From NCBI GenBank assembly GCA_964559985.1, contig CAZLJX010000006.1:77354-141353 (forward strand): a stretch of 64,000 nucleotides of DNA, written 5' to 3'. Both the position numbers and the translations under genes were made by a program. This document shows positions 8,725 through 19,100 of this stretch, piece after piece. Source of the DNA: an uncultured Bacteroidales bacterium (GTDB lineage Bacteria > Bacteroidota > Bacteroidia > Bacteroidales > CAZLJX01). Each line of letters begins with the position of its first letter. Position 1 is the first letter of the stretch. The notes under the pieces were generated by a model, which was given only the letters and a program-made list of their open reading frames with translations, had not been told where the DNA came from and ran no database searches.

Positions 8725-10512
8725 TTAAAGTGCTTTCATCCAGTTGACAAGACCTTTTTTCTCTATAATTCCCATCAGTGCATCGGGCAGGGGCTCGAAA
8801 CTGAACTCCCGGTCTGCAATGGTAATTTTACCCGCCTTAAAGTCAAAATCAACCTTGTCGCCTGGTTTATAAGCTTCAACAGCTTGTTTGTGGACAATAA
8901 GCAACAACCCCTGGTTGATGCAGGAGCGGTAAAAAATGCGGTTTACACTTTTTACCACCACCACTTTTATGCCTGCATGGGCAAGTCCTACGGCAGGATG
9001 CTCGCGCGATGAGCCGCATCCAAAATTATCGCCGGCTATGATAATATCTCCGGGTTTAACATTTTCGGCAAAAGAGGCGTCAAAACCTTTGAAAAGATGT
9101 GGCATAATAGCTGCAGCATCGCTCGAAAGCACATTATAGGTAAGGTTTCCGGCAAACATCTGGTCGGTGTTCAGGTTGTCCGCATCGGAATAATTCCATA
9201 TTCCGTTTATTTTCCGGTTTTCGCCTTGCGGAACCGAAACAGTAGTAGCTGTTTGTATGGTTGATTGATAAACATCTGTATGCCCGGCGCCTCTCGGGTC
9301 GGTGATGACTCCTGTAATGGCAGATATTGCAACGGTAGCTGGTGAAGCAAGAAATACGGAAGCTTTCGGGTTTCCCATGCGTCCCAGAAAATTACGGTTG
9401 GCGGTAGATATTACGTTGTAACCGTCGGCCGGAATTCCCTGACCGGTTCCAAGGCATGGACCGCATGAAGCCGACAGGATAGTAGCTCCAGCGTTCATCA
9501 GTTTTGTGATGATACCTTCTTCAATAGCCTGTAAAAAAATCTCTTTTGAAGCAGGTATGACCAGTAGCTGAACTCCCGGGGCAACTTTTTTGCCATTAAG
9601 TATCTGTGTAGCTATTCTCAGATCGTCTAACCTGCCGTTGGTACAGGTTCCTATAACCGCTTCGTGAACAGGTGTTCCCTGCACTTCCGAAACTGCCTTT
9701 ATATTTTCGACGGTATGAGGTGCAGCAACAACCGGGAATATTTCATCCAGGTTAATAACCATTTCAGAGGCATAATGAGCTCCCTCGTCTGCCCATACAC
9801 CGTTGGTAATTTTTTGACCGAGAAATTTTTCAAGCACTTCATCGGCCGGAAAAACGGCATTTTTGGCTCCCATTTCCGAAGCAAGGTTGGCAAGGGTCAT
9901 CCTTTCAGAAATACCCAGGCTTTTAACGCCTTCGCCATGATATTCAATACTCATGTAATTGGCACCGTCGGTTCCTATTTTTCCTATGATCCACAGAGAA
10001 ATATCTTTGGCATAAACACCAGGGCGCAGTTTTCCTTTCAGGGTAATTTTCATCGATGGTGGCACAAGGAACCATGTTTCGCCTCTTTTGTACAAACCGG
10101 CTGCTTCAGTACGGTCAATGCCTGCAGCAAGGGCATTCATGGCACCGGCTGTGCAGGTATGAGAATCACTGCCAACGACAATCATGCCTGGGCGGGCATG
10201 GTTTGACATAAGCTGGTGGCAGATTCCGTAACCGGCATCATAAAAGTTTTTTACTCCCTGTTCTTTTACAAAGTTACGGATAGCCTGGTAATCATTGGCC
10301 AGTTTGGCATCGGTAGGTGGGGCATTATGGTCGAGCACAACAAGCAATTGGTTGGGATCGAAGACTTTGGTTCCACCCATTTTGTTAAAGGTATTTTTAA
10401 TACTTGCCGTATTATCGTGGGTAAGCACGATATCGGGTTTACGAAAAACAATAGAGCCTTCGGGTGCTGCAAGTATTTTTTCGACAAAGGTTCGGGGATG
10501 TTGATTTTCCAT
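8725..10512 (-). CDS. Aconitase-superfamily hydro-lyase with fused LeuC-like (large) and LeuD-like (small) domains
   Basis: The N-terminal ~410 aa resemble a short-type isopropylmalate/homoaconitate dehydratase large subunit (DIVLTHDNT, GSDSHTC, Fe-S ligand cysteines in GTCTNGR and SCGPCLG). A ~25-aa linker follows. The last ~160 aa resemble the small subunit (GDIIIAGDNFGCGSSREH). Confidence 0.8.
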   Translation of the reverse strand: MENQHPRTFVEKILAAPEGSIVFRKPDIVLTHDNTASIKNTFNKMGGTKVFDPNQLLVVLDHNAPPTDAKLANDYQAIRNFVKEQGVKNFYDAGYGICHQLMSNHARPGMIVVGSDSHTCTAGAMNALAAGIDRTEAAGLYKRGETWFLVPPSMKITLKGKLRPGVYAKDISLWIIGKIGTDGANYMSIEYHGEGVKSLGISERMTLANLASEMGAKNAVFPADEVLEKFLGQKITNGVWADEGAHYASEMVINLDEIFPVVAAPHTVENIKAVSEVQGTPVHEAVIGTCTNGRLDDLRIATQILNGKKVAPGVQLLVIPASKEIFLQAIEEGIITKLMNAGATILSASCGPCLGTGQGIPADGYNVISTANRNFLGRMGNPKASVFLASPATVAISAITGVITDPRGAGHTDVYQSTIQTATTVSVPQGENRKINGIWNYSDADNLNTDQMFAGNLTYNVLSSDAAAIMPHLFKGFDASFAENVKPGDIIIAGDNFGCGSSREHPAVGLAHAGIKVVVVKSVNRIFYRSCINQGLLLIVHKQAVEAYKPGDKVDFDFKAGKITIADREFSFEPLPDALMGIIEKKGLVNWMKAL

Positions 10513-10567
10513 ATTTTATGTTTTTTATTTAATAATTATTAACATATCAAAAGAAGTTATTCTGATT

Positions 10568-12169
10568 TTAAAGTTTATTCAGGAATTTGATAAAATCTTC
10601 GTTTGGTTCAAACCCTTTGCCATCGACAGAGAATTCAGGTTTAATACGATGGACAAAGTACATATCTATTTCGCCACGGTTTTTAACTTCAATAGCACCA
10701 CGATAGGTGCATTCAAAATAGTCTTTGATATACTCATAGGTAGCACCGCTGATATTTACCATTCCAACATGTCCTGAAGTTTCCATCCGGGCTGCAATAT
10801 TTACGGTATCGCCCCAGATATCGTAGGCGAATTTCTTTTTACCCACCACACCTGCCACCACTTCGCCGGTATGAATACCAAGACGAAGTTCCCAGACGGT
10901 CTGGCCTTCCAGTACAAATTTATCATTCAGTTCATTCATATAACGCTGTATCTCGAGCCCTGCAATGACAACATTAAAAGGGTTTGACTTGTTGCGTAAG
11001 GGCAATCCACCGACACACATATAGGCATCGCCGATGGTTTTTATCTTTTCAATAAAATGTTTGCTGATGATATCGTCGAAGCGGGCAAAATAGCCATGAA
11101 GAATTTTAACCAGCTCTTCAGGTGGCAGGTTGGCACTGATTTTCGAAAAGCCTTTAAAATCGGTAAACATTACCGTTACGGTTTTAAAACTTTTGGGTTT
11201 GACTTCTCCTTTCGATATCAGTTGTCGTGCTACTTCAAAGGGCAATATTTCACTGAGAAGGTTTTCAAATTTTTGTTTTTCGTCTTCAATCGCTTCGCGT
11301 TGCTGGTCAATTTCCTGTTTTTGGGCTTCGAGCTGGTTGTTCGCATTTTCGAGGTATTCGTTGAGCGAAACCATGCTTTCGGTCTTTTGCTCAAGTTCAA
11401 GTTCAGTTTCTTTCAGCCGCGTAATGTCATCTTCAACAATGGCAATCCAATCAACCTGGTTTCCACGGTTAATGGGGTTCAGGGTAGTTTGTACCCATTG
11501 CTGGAAATCGCCTTTATCAATAGCGCTGGTAAAACGGATGGTTTCATTGAGCGATAAACAATTGCTGATCTGGGTTTGAATATCTTCATCGTTTTTCAGG
11601 TCAAAAATCGTAATTACCCCATCGGGTTCAAAGCGGGGTTGGTTGTATAATTGCCCGAAAGCTTTATTGGTCCAGAGAATAACTCCGTTGCGATCGATTA
11701 CTGCTACCGAATTGCTGGTCTGGGAGGTTACCAGTTCAATATCTTCGGTATTAATCAACAGCCGTTTTTTATGAAGTGCTGATGCTGTTTTTTCCCTGGC
11801 ATTGGCAGCAAATGAAAAACATCGGGAAATGCGGAAGATTTTTTCTTTATCGGTCATCCCCGGATGCAGCCAATCGGAAATTTCTTCTGTGCAGGCAGTT
11901 TCTATTTTGTCGGGAGTGGAAAGAACTGCTAATTTCGGGATAAAGGCTGTGATGCTTTCAGCATTGAGCTTTTGTGTAATATTTTTGAAAAAACCGGGTG
12001 AGTATTCTATCAAAATACTGTCGGGATATTCTGAAGCAGCTGCCCTGCATGCTTCGATGACATTGCCTGCCATTAGTACTTCGATGCCGTTGAAATGTTT
12101 TTCAATAAGTTTTGCATAGCTTTGCAGCATTTCATCCGAGGCAGCGGCAATCAGCACCCTGTATGGCAT
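10568..12169 (-). CDS. Class III adenylate cyclase with degenerate receiver-like N-terminus, PAS domain and coiled coil
   Basis: Cyclase homology domain with metal-binding aspartates (VMFTDFKGFS, IGDAYM), ATP-specifying Lys (EKIKTIGD) and Asp (YDIWGD), and transition-state residues Asn/Arg (DTVNIAARME). I placed the start at MPYRVLI (12169), because the ORF-track extension to 12262 overlaps the upstream terminator. Confidence 0.85.
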   Translation of the reverse strand: MPYRVLIAAASDEMLQSYAKLIEKHFNGIEVLMAGNVIEACRAAASEYPDSILIEYSPGFFKNITQKLNAESITAFIPKLAVLSTPDKIETACTEEISDWLHPGMTDKEKIFRISRCFSFAANAREKTASALHKKRLLINTEDIELVTSQTSNSVAVIDRNGVILWTNKAFGQLYNQPRFEPDGVITIFDLKNDEDIQTQISNCLSLNETIRFTSAIDKGDFQQWVQTTLNPINRGNQVDWIAIVEDDITRLKETELELEQKTESMVSLNEYLENANNQLEAQKQEIDQQREAIEDEKQKFENLLSEILPFEVARQLISKGEVKPKSFKTVTVMFTDFKGFSKISANLPPEELVKILHGYFARFDDIISKHFIEKIKTIGDAYMCVGGLPLRNKSNPFNVVIAGLEIQRYMNELNDKFVLEGQTVWELRLGIHTGEVVAGVVGKKKFAYDIWGDTVNIAARMETSGHVGMVNISGATYEYIKDYFECTYRGAIEVKNRGEIDMYFVHRIKPEFSVDGKGFEPNEDFIKFLNKL

Positions 12170-12267
12170 AACGAATGGCTTTTGGGATAAAGATAATGGA
12201 AAAACCGGAATTAAAAAAGGCTTACGGTTTAATGCTAAAAAAACCAATAGACAAATTAACAAAAAAA

Positions 12268-12287
12268 GCCCCGTTTTTAAGCGGGGC
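12268..12287 (-). terminator. Rho-independent terminator closing the SusC/SusD operon
   Basis: GC-rich stem gccccg/cggggc. On the minus strand it is followed by TTTTTTT. It lies 30 nt after the stop at 12317. Confidence 0.75.
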
Positions 12288-12316
12288 CTTTATTTTGAGT
12301 TTGTCACAAGTATTAC

Positions 12317-13684
12317 TTATGGTTTTTGTGTCAGGTCTGGTTTATTGATCATCTCTTTTTTAATAATCTTTCCGTTAGGATCTAATGTCAGTATTGCGAC
12401 AAATAATGGAGTACTCATATAATGTTTATTATAAGTCCATGTTGCAGTGCTGAATCCATCCTGAATAAGGTCATACTCGATGGTCATTGTAGTGTAATTG
12501 CCACATGTATTAACAACACCACTTCCAACAATTTCGTAAGGATATTCAGTTCCTTCATAGAGCGTTGTAAAATAAGGTTGCTGTGGGATGTTAATTTTTC
12601 CATGTTCAGTCCAGTCGAATTCAATAGTTGCAGCAACTTCAGTAACTATTTCTTCTCCCCAGAAATCTGAAATCCAGCCATACCCAAGTCCTAATATAGT
12701 TAAGTCAGCACCATTCATCTGGGTAACCACTTCGCTTGGATAAGCACCTTCAAATTCGGTACCGTACCAGGTAGCAGCCAACCCGGGAAGCGGTGTAGAC
12801 CAACTATAAGAGATATCCTTGGTTATGGAATATGTATTACCTGTTTTGGTTACTTTAGCAAGATAAGTTCTGTAGGTTGCACATGGAGTAACAGTGGTAA
12901 GAACATTTGGGAATTCAAGCGTAGATGTAAATACTCCGTCCTGGCTGAAAGCAAGTTTCATGCTGATTGTAATAATTGCATTGAAATCGCCGGCATTAAT
13001 TACTGAAGCAATGTCTGTTGCAATCAGATAGGTGCCATTTGCATAATTATTAAATTCGTCCCATGTTTCGAAAGATGATGAATTGATGGCTCCGCAAACT
13101 GTATCAGCACCTTCGTCAATGATAAGCATTCTCAAATTTACAGCTTCATCCGGGTCAAGGTTAAGGCCTACAACTTCTGCAACATCAGTTTCCCATGTAA
13201 GATGAGCTGTCAGAATATTACTGGTAGCATTTGTAATAGAATATTCAACAGTTGCTGGTGTAAAAGTACAATTTCCGGTTCGGGAATCACCGATTTGAAT
13301 TTTTAAAGTTTCTGTATCTTCAAAAATGTTATCAGTACTGAATTCAATAATTGCTGAACCGGTGGTAAAACTTGCAGGAATTACAACCAGTGGTGTTTTT
13401 ATTACAAAGTCACCACCATTATCAGCAGTGCCTTCAGTAGCTGTACCTTCAACTTTAAATACATAAAAGGCAACATCAACAACCTGCGGTTCTGAAAGCG
13501 TAATGGTATAAGAATAAGATATAGCTTGTTCTTGAAGAGTAACAATCGCTCCAGGCACAGTAATTGTGGCTGTAGGGTTTGTTGGCTTTAAAGTGCTATG
13601 ACCGGTATTATCGTCTTTTTCGCAGGAGAAAAAGAAAACCATCATAGCCGCAATGCCAATGGAATATATAATATTTTTTTTCAT
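12317..13684 (-). CDS. Surface lipoprotein of unknown function with a Calx-beta-like segment, fourth gene of the SusC/SusD locus
   Basis: Lipoprotein signal MKKNIIYSIGIAAMMVFFFSC. The segment VEGTATEGTADNGGDF ... IEFSTDNIFEDTETLKIQIGD resembles a Calx-beta fold pattern. The start at 13684 leaves a 25-nt gap to the upstream stop. Confidence 0.55.
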   Translation of the reverse strand: MKKNIIYSIGIAAMMVFFFSCEKDDNTGHSTLKPTNPTATITVPGAIVTLQEQAISYSYTITLSEPQVVDVAFYVFKVEGTATEGTADNGGDFVIKTPLVVIPASFTTGSAIIEFSTDNIFEDTETLKIQIGDSRTGNCTFTPATVEYSITNATSNILTAHLTWETDVAEVVGLNLDPDEAVNLRMLIIDEGADTVCGAINSSSFETWDEFNNYANGTYLIATDIASVINAGDFNAIITISMKLAFSQDGVFTSTLEFPNVLTTVTPCATYRTYLAKVTKTGNTYSITKDISYSWSTPLPGLAATWYGTEFEGAYPSEVVTQMNGADLTILGLGYGWISDFWGEEIVTEVAATIEFDWTEHGKINIPQQPYFTTLYEGTEYPYEIVGSGVVNTCGNYTTMTIEYDLIQDGFSTATWTYNKHYMSTPLFVAILTLDPNGKIIKKEMINKPDLTQKP

Positions 13685-13709
13685 AATTTTTTTAATATTA
13701 AAATTAGTA

Positions 13710-14660
13710 CTATTCAACTATTTTTTCCATTACCTGATAAATCCTTCTTGCCCCTGAACCAGATGTATAATATCCAATTGTCATTACTAAGCGGTCTTTA
13801 CCGTTTACATCATCTTTAACAATATAATTGGAATTTCCACAATTGACAAAAGTCATATCAGCGGGGTTTGATTCGCAGGTAATCATAGGCTGGCCATTGA
13901 ATTTCTGGCCTTCAGGGTAGGTAATAGTTCCATCATCCTGTATCTGGAAGTACCAGGTATTGCCATCAAACAGACCCCACCATTCGACAACTCTGTATGT
14001 GCGGGCATCTACTGATTCTATTTGTGTTGCAGCAGGCCAATCTGCAGTTGTTCCGGTCAATACACCAAGTCTGTAATAAATCCCTTCAACACATCTGTAG
14101 CTTCCGGCAAATCGGGTAGAAACAGTCATTTTTACAGTATATGATTGTTTAAGCAATCTACCTCCCTTTAATTTGGCTTCGACCACAAAATTGAAATAGT
14201 CACCTATTCTAAGTTCACCGTCAGAGGCTGGAAGGTTTGCTCCGTCAATCTGCAAATTTGCGATTAAACCTGCATAGTCTAATGGGGTGGATGTAATCCA
14301 GTGAGATAAATTATTAGTAATGGTAATGGTTTCCTGAAGAACTTCGTTCGACCATTTTGCAGGGATAGAATCAGCTGTTGTATGAGTAGTATCTGACGGG
14401 TCGCTCCAGGGCACAGGGACTGCATAAAATGATTTGTACAACCTGACCTCTTCGATTTGAGTATTTCCTTGATTTATATATAAATCAAATTTGTAATCTG
14501 CATCATTTCCAACAACATAATTTATAGCAGTTGTCGATGCGTTAATCAACCCTCCCTCCAATGCATTCTTGGTTACAAGATCGTCTTCCGAATCGCATTG
14601 CATCAAAGATAACGGGAAGATCATTAAAATAAAAATATATAATAATTTTTTCATATTCAA
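13710..14660 (-). CDS. Surface lipoprotein of unknown function, third gene of the SusC/SusD locus (SusE/F-position protein)
   Basis: Lipoprotein signal LSLMQC followed by an acidic linker DSEDD. It starts 18 nt after the susD-like stop. I recognised no catalytic motif. Confidence 0.55.
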   Translation of the reverse strand: MNMKKLLYIFILMIFPLSLMQCDSEDDLVTKNALEGGLINASTTAINYVVGNDADYKFDLYINQGNTQIEEVRLYKSFYAVPVPWSDPSDTTHTTADSIPAKWSNEVLQETITITNNLSHWITSTPLDYAGLIANLQIDGANLPASDGELRIGDYFNFVVEAKLKGGRLLKQSYTVKMTVSTRFAGSYRCVEGIYYRLGVLTGTTADWPAATQIESVDARTYRVVEWWGLFDGNTWYFQIQDDGTITYPEGQKFNGQPMITCESNPADMTFVNCGNSNYIVKDDVNGKDRLVMTIGYYTSGSGARRIYQVMEKIVE

Positions 14661-14678
14661 AATGTTTTAATGTTAGAA

Positions 14679-16115
14679 TTATTGCATCCACCAAATTTTT
14701 GTTGTTAATAGGTCAGCACCCTGAGCAGTTACCGCAGCCCTGTAACTTTGAACGTTCAGTGATTGCTCAATAGAAGGATATTGGTATCTTGAGGGTATTT
14801 CATCAACAACAGCATCAATAGCTGGAGAAAGAACCGGGTAGCCTGTACGGCGCCATTCAGTCCAGGCTTCAATACCCTGACAATACAAGGCAAGCCAATT
14901 TTGTTCAGCAATTTTCCGAAGCCCGTTGGTAGGATTATATGCAACACTGGTTTGTGCAACATAAGCGGCATAAGCCTCAGGTCCTAATTCATTGAAATCG
15001 AAAGAAGCTTCAATGCCTTTATTGTAAAAAGTAGCAGCATTGCCAGTAATATAACCTTTTTGAGCTGCTTCTGCCATCAGAAATTGCAATTCTGAATAGG
15101 ACATGAAAAAGCCGGGAAGGTTCGGGTTGATATAGAAGGTGCCAATCGCAGAAACATTATCGTAATTATACTCGCTATTTGGAACTTCTTCAATCCCAGA
15201 AGGTTTGCCTCTATAAACTCCGGCATTGTTTTTCTTTGCATAAACCGGTAAACGGGGGTCATTTAAACTAACCAGCATATCAACCAGAACGGAGTTAATT
15301 TTATATTCGAAACGAGAACGGTAAACAATAGACTCGTAAATTGGATTGGCATTTGGATTAGCATCCAGGAAGATAACCTTGGCTTCATCAGCTTTTGATG
15401 TAAAGATAGCACGATTTGATGCAATATCCTGAAGTCGGGCTGCCACATCAATTTTTGACGAAACTCTCATTAATAATCTAAATTTCAATGAGTTGGCAAA
15501 TTTTCTCCATTTCAGATGATCACCGGCATACATTATGTCTGTTGTAGCGTTGAGCGATCCTGTGGAAGTTCCTAAAAGGCTGTCGGCTTTGTCGAGCATA
15601 TCGAAAATGCCATTATAGATATCCTGTTGAAGATCATACTTAGGAGTAAAATTTCCGCTACCAGCTTGCATTGCTTCAGAAAATGGCACCATACCAAAAC
15701 ATTCGGTAAGGAAAGAATAAGTATAAGCTTGCATAATGATTGCCAGGCCCTGCGAATAATTATTGCCTTCTTTTACAGCAATTAATTCCATACTGCGTGC
15801 ATCAGCAATTACATCTTCATACATTGATTTCCAGACTATGTCTTCAATCACGCTGTTCCTGGTTTTGTAGCGTTCTTCATCTTCGTAGTTCACTTTTGCC
15901 CAATGCTGTGCCCAGCATGATCCCATATCGCCGCCAACAAAAGAGCTGTATGAATTATTGATGGCATTTCTGATAATATCTCCGGCTAAAAGTGTTGATG
16001 GCACAGTAAGGGGTTTATTCGGGTCGGTATTGGTCATTTCAAAATCTTTTGTACATGCCACAAAAGATAGCATACCAACAAGAAAAATGGTAATTATTTT
16101 ATAAATTGTTTTCAT
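14679..16115 (-). CDS. SusD/RagB family nutrient-binding outer-membrane lipoprotein
   Basis: Lipoprotein signal MLSFVAC. It has the size and helical TPR-like composition of SusD-like proteins, and starts 19 nt downstream of the SusC-like gene. Confidence 0.85.
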   Translation of the reverse strand: MKTIYKIITIFLVGMLSFVACTKDFEMTNTDPNKPLTVPSTLLAGDIIRNAINNSYSSFVGGDMGSCWAQHWAKVNYEDEERYKTRNSVIEDIVWKSMYEDVIADARSMELIAVKEGNNYSQGLAIIMQAYTYSFLTECFGMVPFSEAMQAGSGNFTPKYDLQQDIYNGIFDMLDKADSLLGTSTGSLNATTDIMYAGDHLKWRKFANSLKFRLLMRVSSKIDVAARLQDIASNRAIFTSKADEAKVIFLDANPNANPIYESIVYRSRFEYKINSVLVDMLVSLNDPRLPVYAKKNNAGVYRGKPSGIEEVPNSEYNYDNVSAIGTFYINPNLPGFFMSYSELQFLMAEAAQKGYITGNAATFYNKGIEASFDFNELGPEAYAAYVAQTSVAYNPTNGLRKIAEQNWLALYCQGIEAWTEWRRTGYPVLSPAIDAVVDEIPSRYQYPSIEQSLNVQSYRAAVTAQGADLLTTKIWWMQ

Positions 16116-16134
16116 AGCTTATTAAATAATCAGG

Positions 16135-19100
16135 TTAAAAATTGATACTTATATTGAATCCGATGCTCCTGGCTGATGGCAACTGTCCAAATTCCTGACC
16201 CTGTTCTGCGTTTTCGCTGCTGAACCCAGTTTCAGGATCAATATGTGGTGCATTTTTAAACAGGATTGCAAGGTTACGACCAACCAAACCAATATTTGCT
16301 CCATGAATAGGAGTATTTGCAAAATATTTTTTCGGTAAGGTATAGGTTAATGTTAGCTGCCTCCATTTAATATATGATGCATCAAATACTGAGCCTTCGG
16401 CACATGCGTTGTCAAATGCTGTCTGGTTGTAACTTTTTGCAGAAACAACAACATCGTTTTTAACATAAACAGGGGCATCAGCCGTACCCACATTCTTAAC
16501 GCCATCACCAATAAGACCAGTTTCGCGGCCTAATAAAGTTTCTTTCAATACGCCTGAATATCTTCCCCATGTATAGGTCATAGTATAAATATCGCCACCC
16601 ATTTTAGCATCAAATGTCGTGTTTAAAGTAATTCCTTTATAAGCAATGTTGAAAGTTAAACCTCCTCTCCAGTCAGGCTGGATATTTCCTAATATTTTAT
16701 AATTGGGGTCAACCAGTGGTAAACCATTTTCATGAATGATATTGCCATCCGGGTCTCTTAAATATCCCGGTCCTACTAAAACACCGTAAGGCATACCAAC
16801 TCTGGCCTGAAGGTCAACATTCCATTGGCCACCAAGTATCAAAGCATCTGCACCTCCCAATGATACAACTTCGTTTTTATCTTTAGCATAGTTGATTTCA
16901 ATATCTACTTTCAGATCAGAAGTTTGAACCGGAGTAAGCCCTAATTGAATTTCAAATCCTTTTGAGGTCATTTCACCAACATTGTCCCATGCACGGATAT
17001 AGCCTGAAGCAGCGGATACTTCGCGGTCAACAATCAGGTCTTCACTTTTTGAATTGTAGTATGTAAAATCAAGACGGACTTTATTGTCTAGCAATCTTGA
17101 ATCAAAACCTAATTCAAGAGATTTTTTTGATTCGGGTACAAGGTTAGGATTGTTCAACAGTTCAGGGTTAAAAGGCAATGAAACATTACCCCATTTATCA
17201 TCTCTGAACTGGTAAGTTTGAACAATAGCATAAGGATCGAGAGCACCTATGCTACCTACTTTTGCCCATCCAGCCCTAACTTTAAGGAAAGTAAATGTTG
17301 GAGAAGTTATGCCTAACAGGTCAGTAACAATTGCACTCAGGTTGAATGATGGGTAGAAAAATGAGTTATTGTTTTTAGGAAGCACACTCGCCCAATCGTT
17401 ACGTCCCGAAAAATCAAAGAAAATGACATTTTTGTATGATACCTGTCCAAATCCGTACAAACTGTTGATTTTGCTTTCTTCAGTAAAGCTAGTCAGAGAA
17501 ACAGTTGCTCCAGATTTCACATTTGAAAGGGTATATAATCCTGGTAACTCGAGTTGAGGAGCTTCGCCCTGTAAACGGGTATAATCCCTGTCCATCCGGT
17601 TGCCACCAAAATTAAATGTAAAGTCAACATCAGAAGTTAATGATTTATTGAAGCTAAGCAATAGTTCATTGTTTACTTCATAAAAACGTCTGCCTGTTTC
17701 GCGATAATATCCTTCTTTAAATTCATTAGTACCAATAGCTTTCTGTTCTTTAATCAGGGATGACCATGTATCAATACCTGTTTTTGCTGACAGTTTAAGG
17801 TAATCAGTAAATGAAAAACTAATGTCGGCACCACCAATTACGCGGTCTTTATCCAACTTGTTCAGATTATTGTCAAGTACCCAGAATGGGTTATTCTGAA
17901 ATTGAGTATTCCAGTTAATGGGTGTTCCAGCAGCAGGTGTTCCAGCTGGGGCAAGCGGTAAACTTTGCCAATCTCTTAAAGCATTGAAATCAACATTACG
18001 GCCTGACCAAATCATTTGCTGAACCGGATTTTCATTTGTATAACCCATGGTTGGCAGGTTACCGCTGATGGCTTTTGTATAATTGACATTAAATCCAGCT
18101 CTCAGTTTTTCACTGAATTTAAAAACAGAATTGCCACCTACGTTGTATTGTTTATAATCTGTATTAGGAATCATTCCTTTTTGGTTTGTACCACCAATGG
18201 AGAGGCGATAGCCGATTTTATCTGCACCACCGCTTAATCCAACACTGGTACTTGATTTAATACCGGTTTGGTAGAAATCTCTGATATTATTGGGATGTGA
18301 AACCCAGGGTAACGGGTCTCCATTCACAGTATATGAATTCCATTGTGTAAATTTCAAACCTTTGTCAAGCGGAGGACCCCAGCTTTCGTCTACCCCACCA
18401 TCATCATTGGTGCCATCAACCCACTGAAAGAAATTTTTATTAGGTCCCTGTCCGTATGAGTTTTGAAAATCGGGGAGAACCAATGGTTTATCGTACATGG
18501 TTGTATGATTAATAGTTACTCCCAATTCTTTTGATTTACCGGCTTTTCCTTTTTTAGTGGTTATTACAATTACCCCGTTTGCAGCTCTCAAACCATATAA
18601 TGCTGCGGCATTTGGACCTTTCAGAACGGAAACATTTTCAATGTCATCCGGATTGATATCAGCAATACCGTTGGGCATGTCGAATCCACCACCGTCATCT
18701 GCAGTTCCGAAGTTAGTATTATCAATGGGCACACCATCTACAACGAATAACGGTTCATTACTTCCGGTAATGGATGATGCTCCACGAAGTACTATTCGGG
18801 TTGAAGCACCTACTGCCCCTGAGCTACTGGTAACATTTACCCCTGAAACCCTTCCATTAAGAGAGTTTACAATATTAGCCTCGCGGGCTTTATTCAATTC
18901 ATCTCCTTTAACTTCCTGTACAGCATATCCAAGAGCTTTCTTTTGCCTCGTAATACCCAATGCCGTAACCACTACTTCTTCCACCTGTTTTACATCAGGC
19001 TCAAGGGTGATGTTTACAACATTGTCGGCGCCAAGCACTACTTCAACGGTTTTCATCCCTACGAAAGTGAATACCAATGCTTTGGTATCGGCAGGCACTT

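Noticed and set aside
8461-9012. 183-aa plus-strand ORF spanning the 5' end of the DUF3078-like gene, the intergenic region and the 3' end of the aconitase-family gene
   Set aside because: It crosses a terminator hairpin and two better-supported minus-strand genes, and it has no motifs.
11057-11579. Two overlapping plus-strand ORFs (166 aa and 149 aa) inside the adenylate cyclase gene
   Set aside because: They are antisense to the coiled-coil/PAS region of a well-supported gene. Long stop-free antisense frames are expected opposite Glu/Lys/Gln-rich coiled coils.
10568-12169. Nucleotide cyclase as part of a cyclic-nucleotide defence system (Pycsar/CBASS-like)
   Set aside because: The cyclase has canonical ATP-specifying Lys/Asp residues plus PAS and receiver-like sensory domains. 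No adjacent effector with a cNMP-binding, TIR, TM or nuclease domain is present; the neighbours are a metabolic enzyme and the SusC/D operon terminator.
12170-12262. N-terminal extensions in the ORF track (cyclase to 12262, MBL to 6824, tlyA from 6685, arcC from 28615, 5'-nucleotidase to 57301, tsaC to 62983)
   Set aside because: Each extension overlaps a terminator, a candidate -7 box or a neighbouring gene. In every case an internal Met gives the family-typical N-terminus or signal peptide, so I used the shorter starts.
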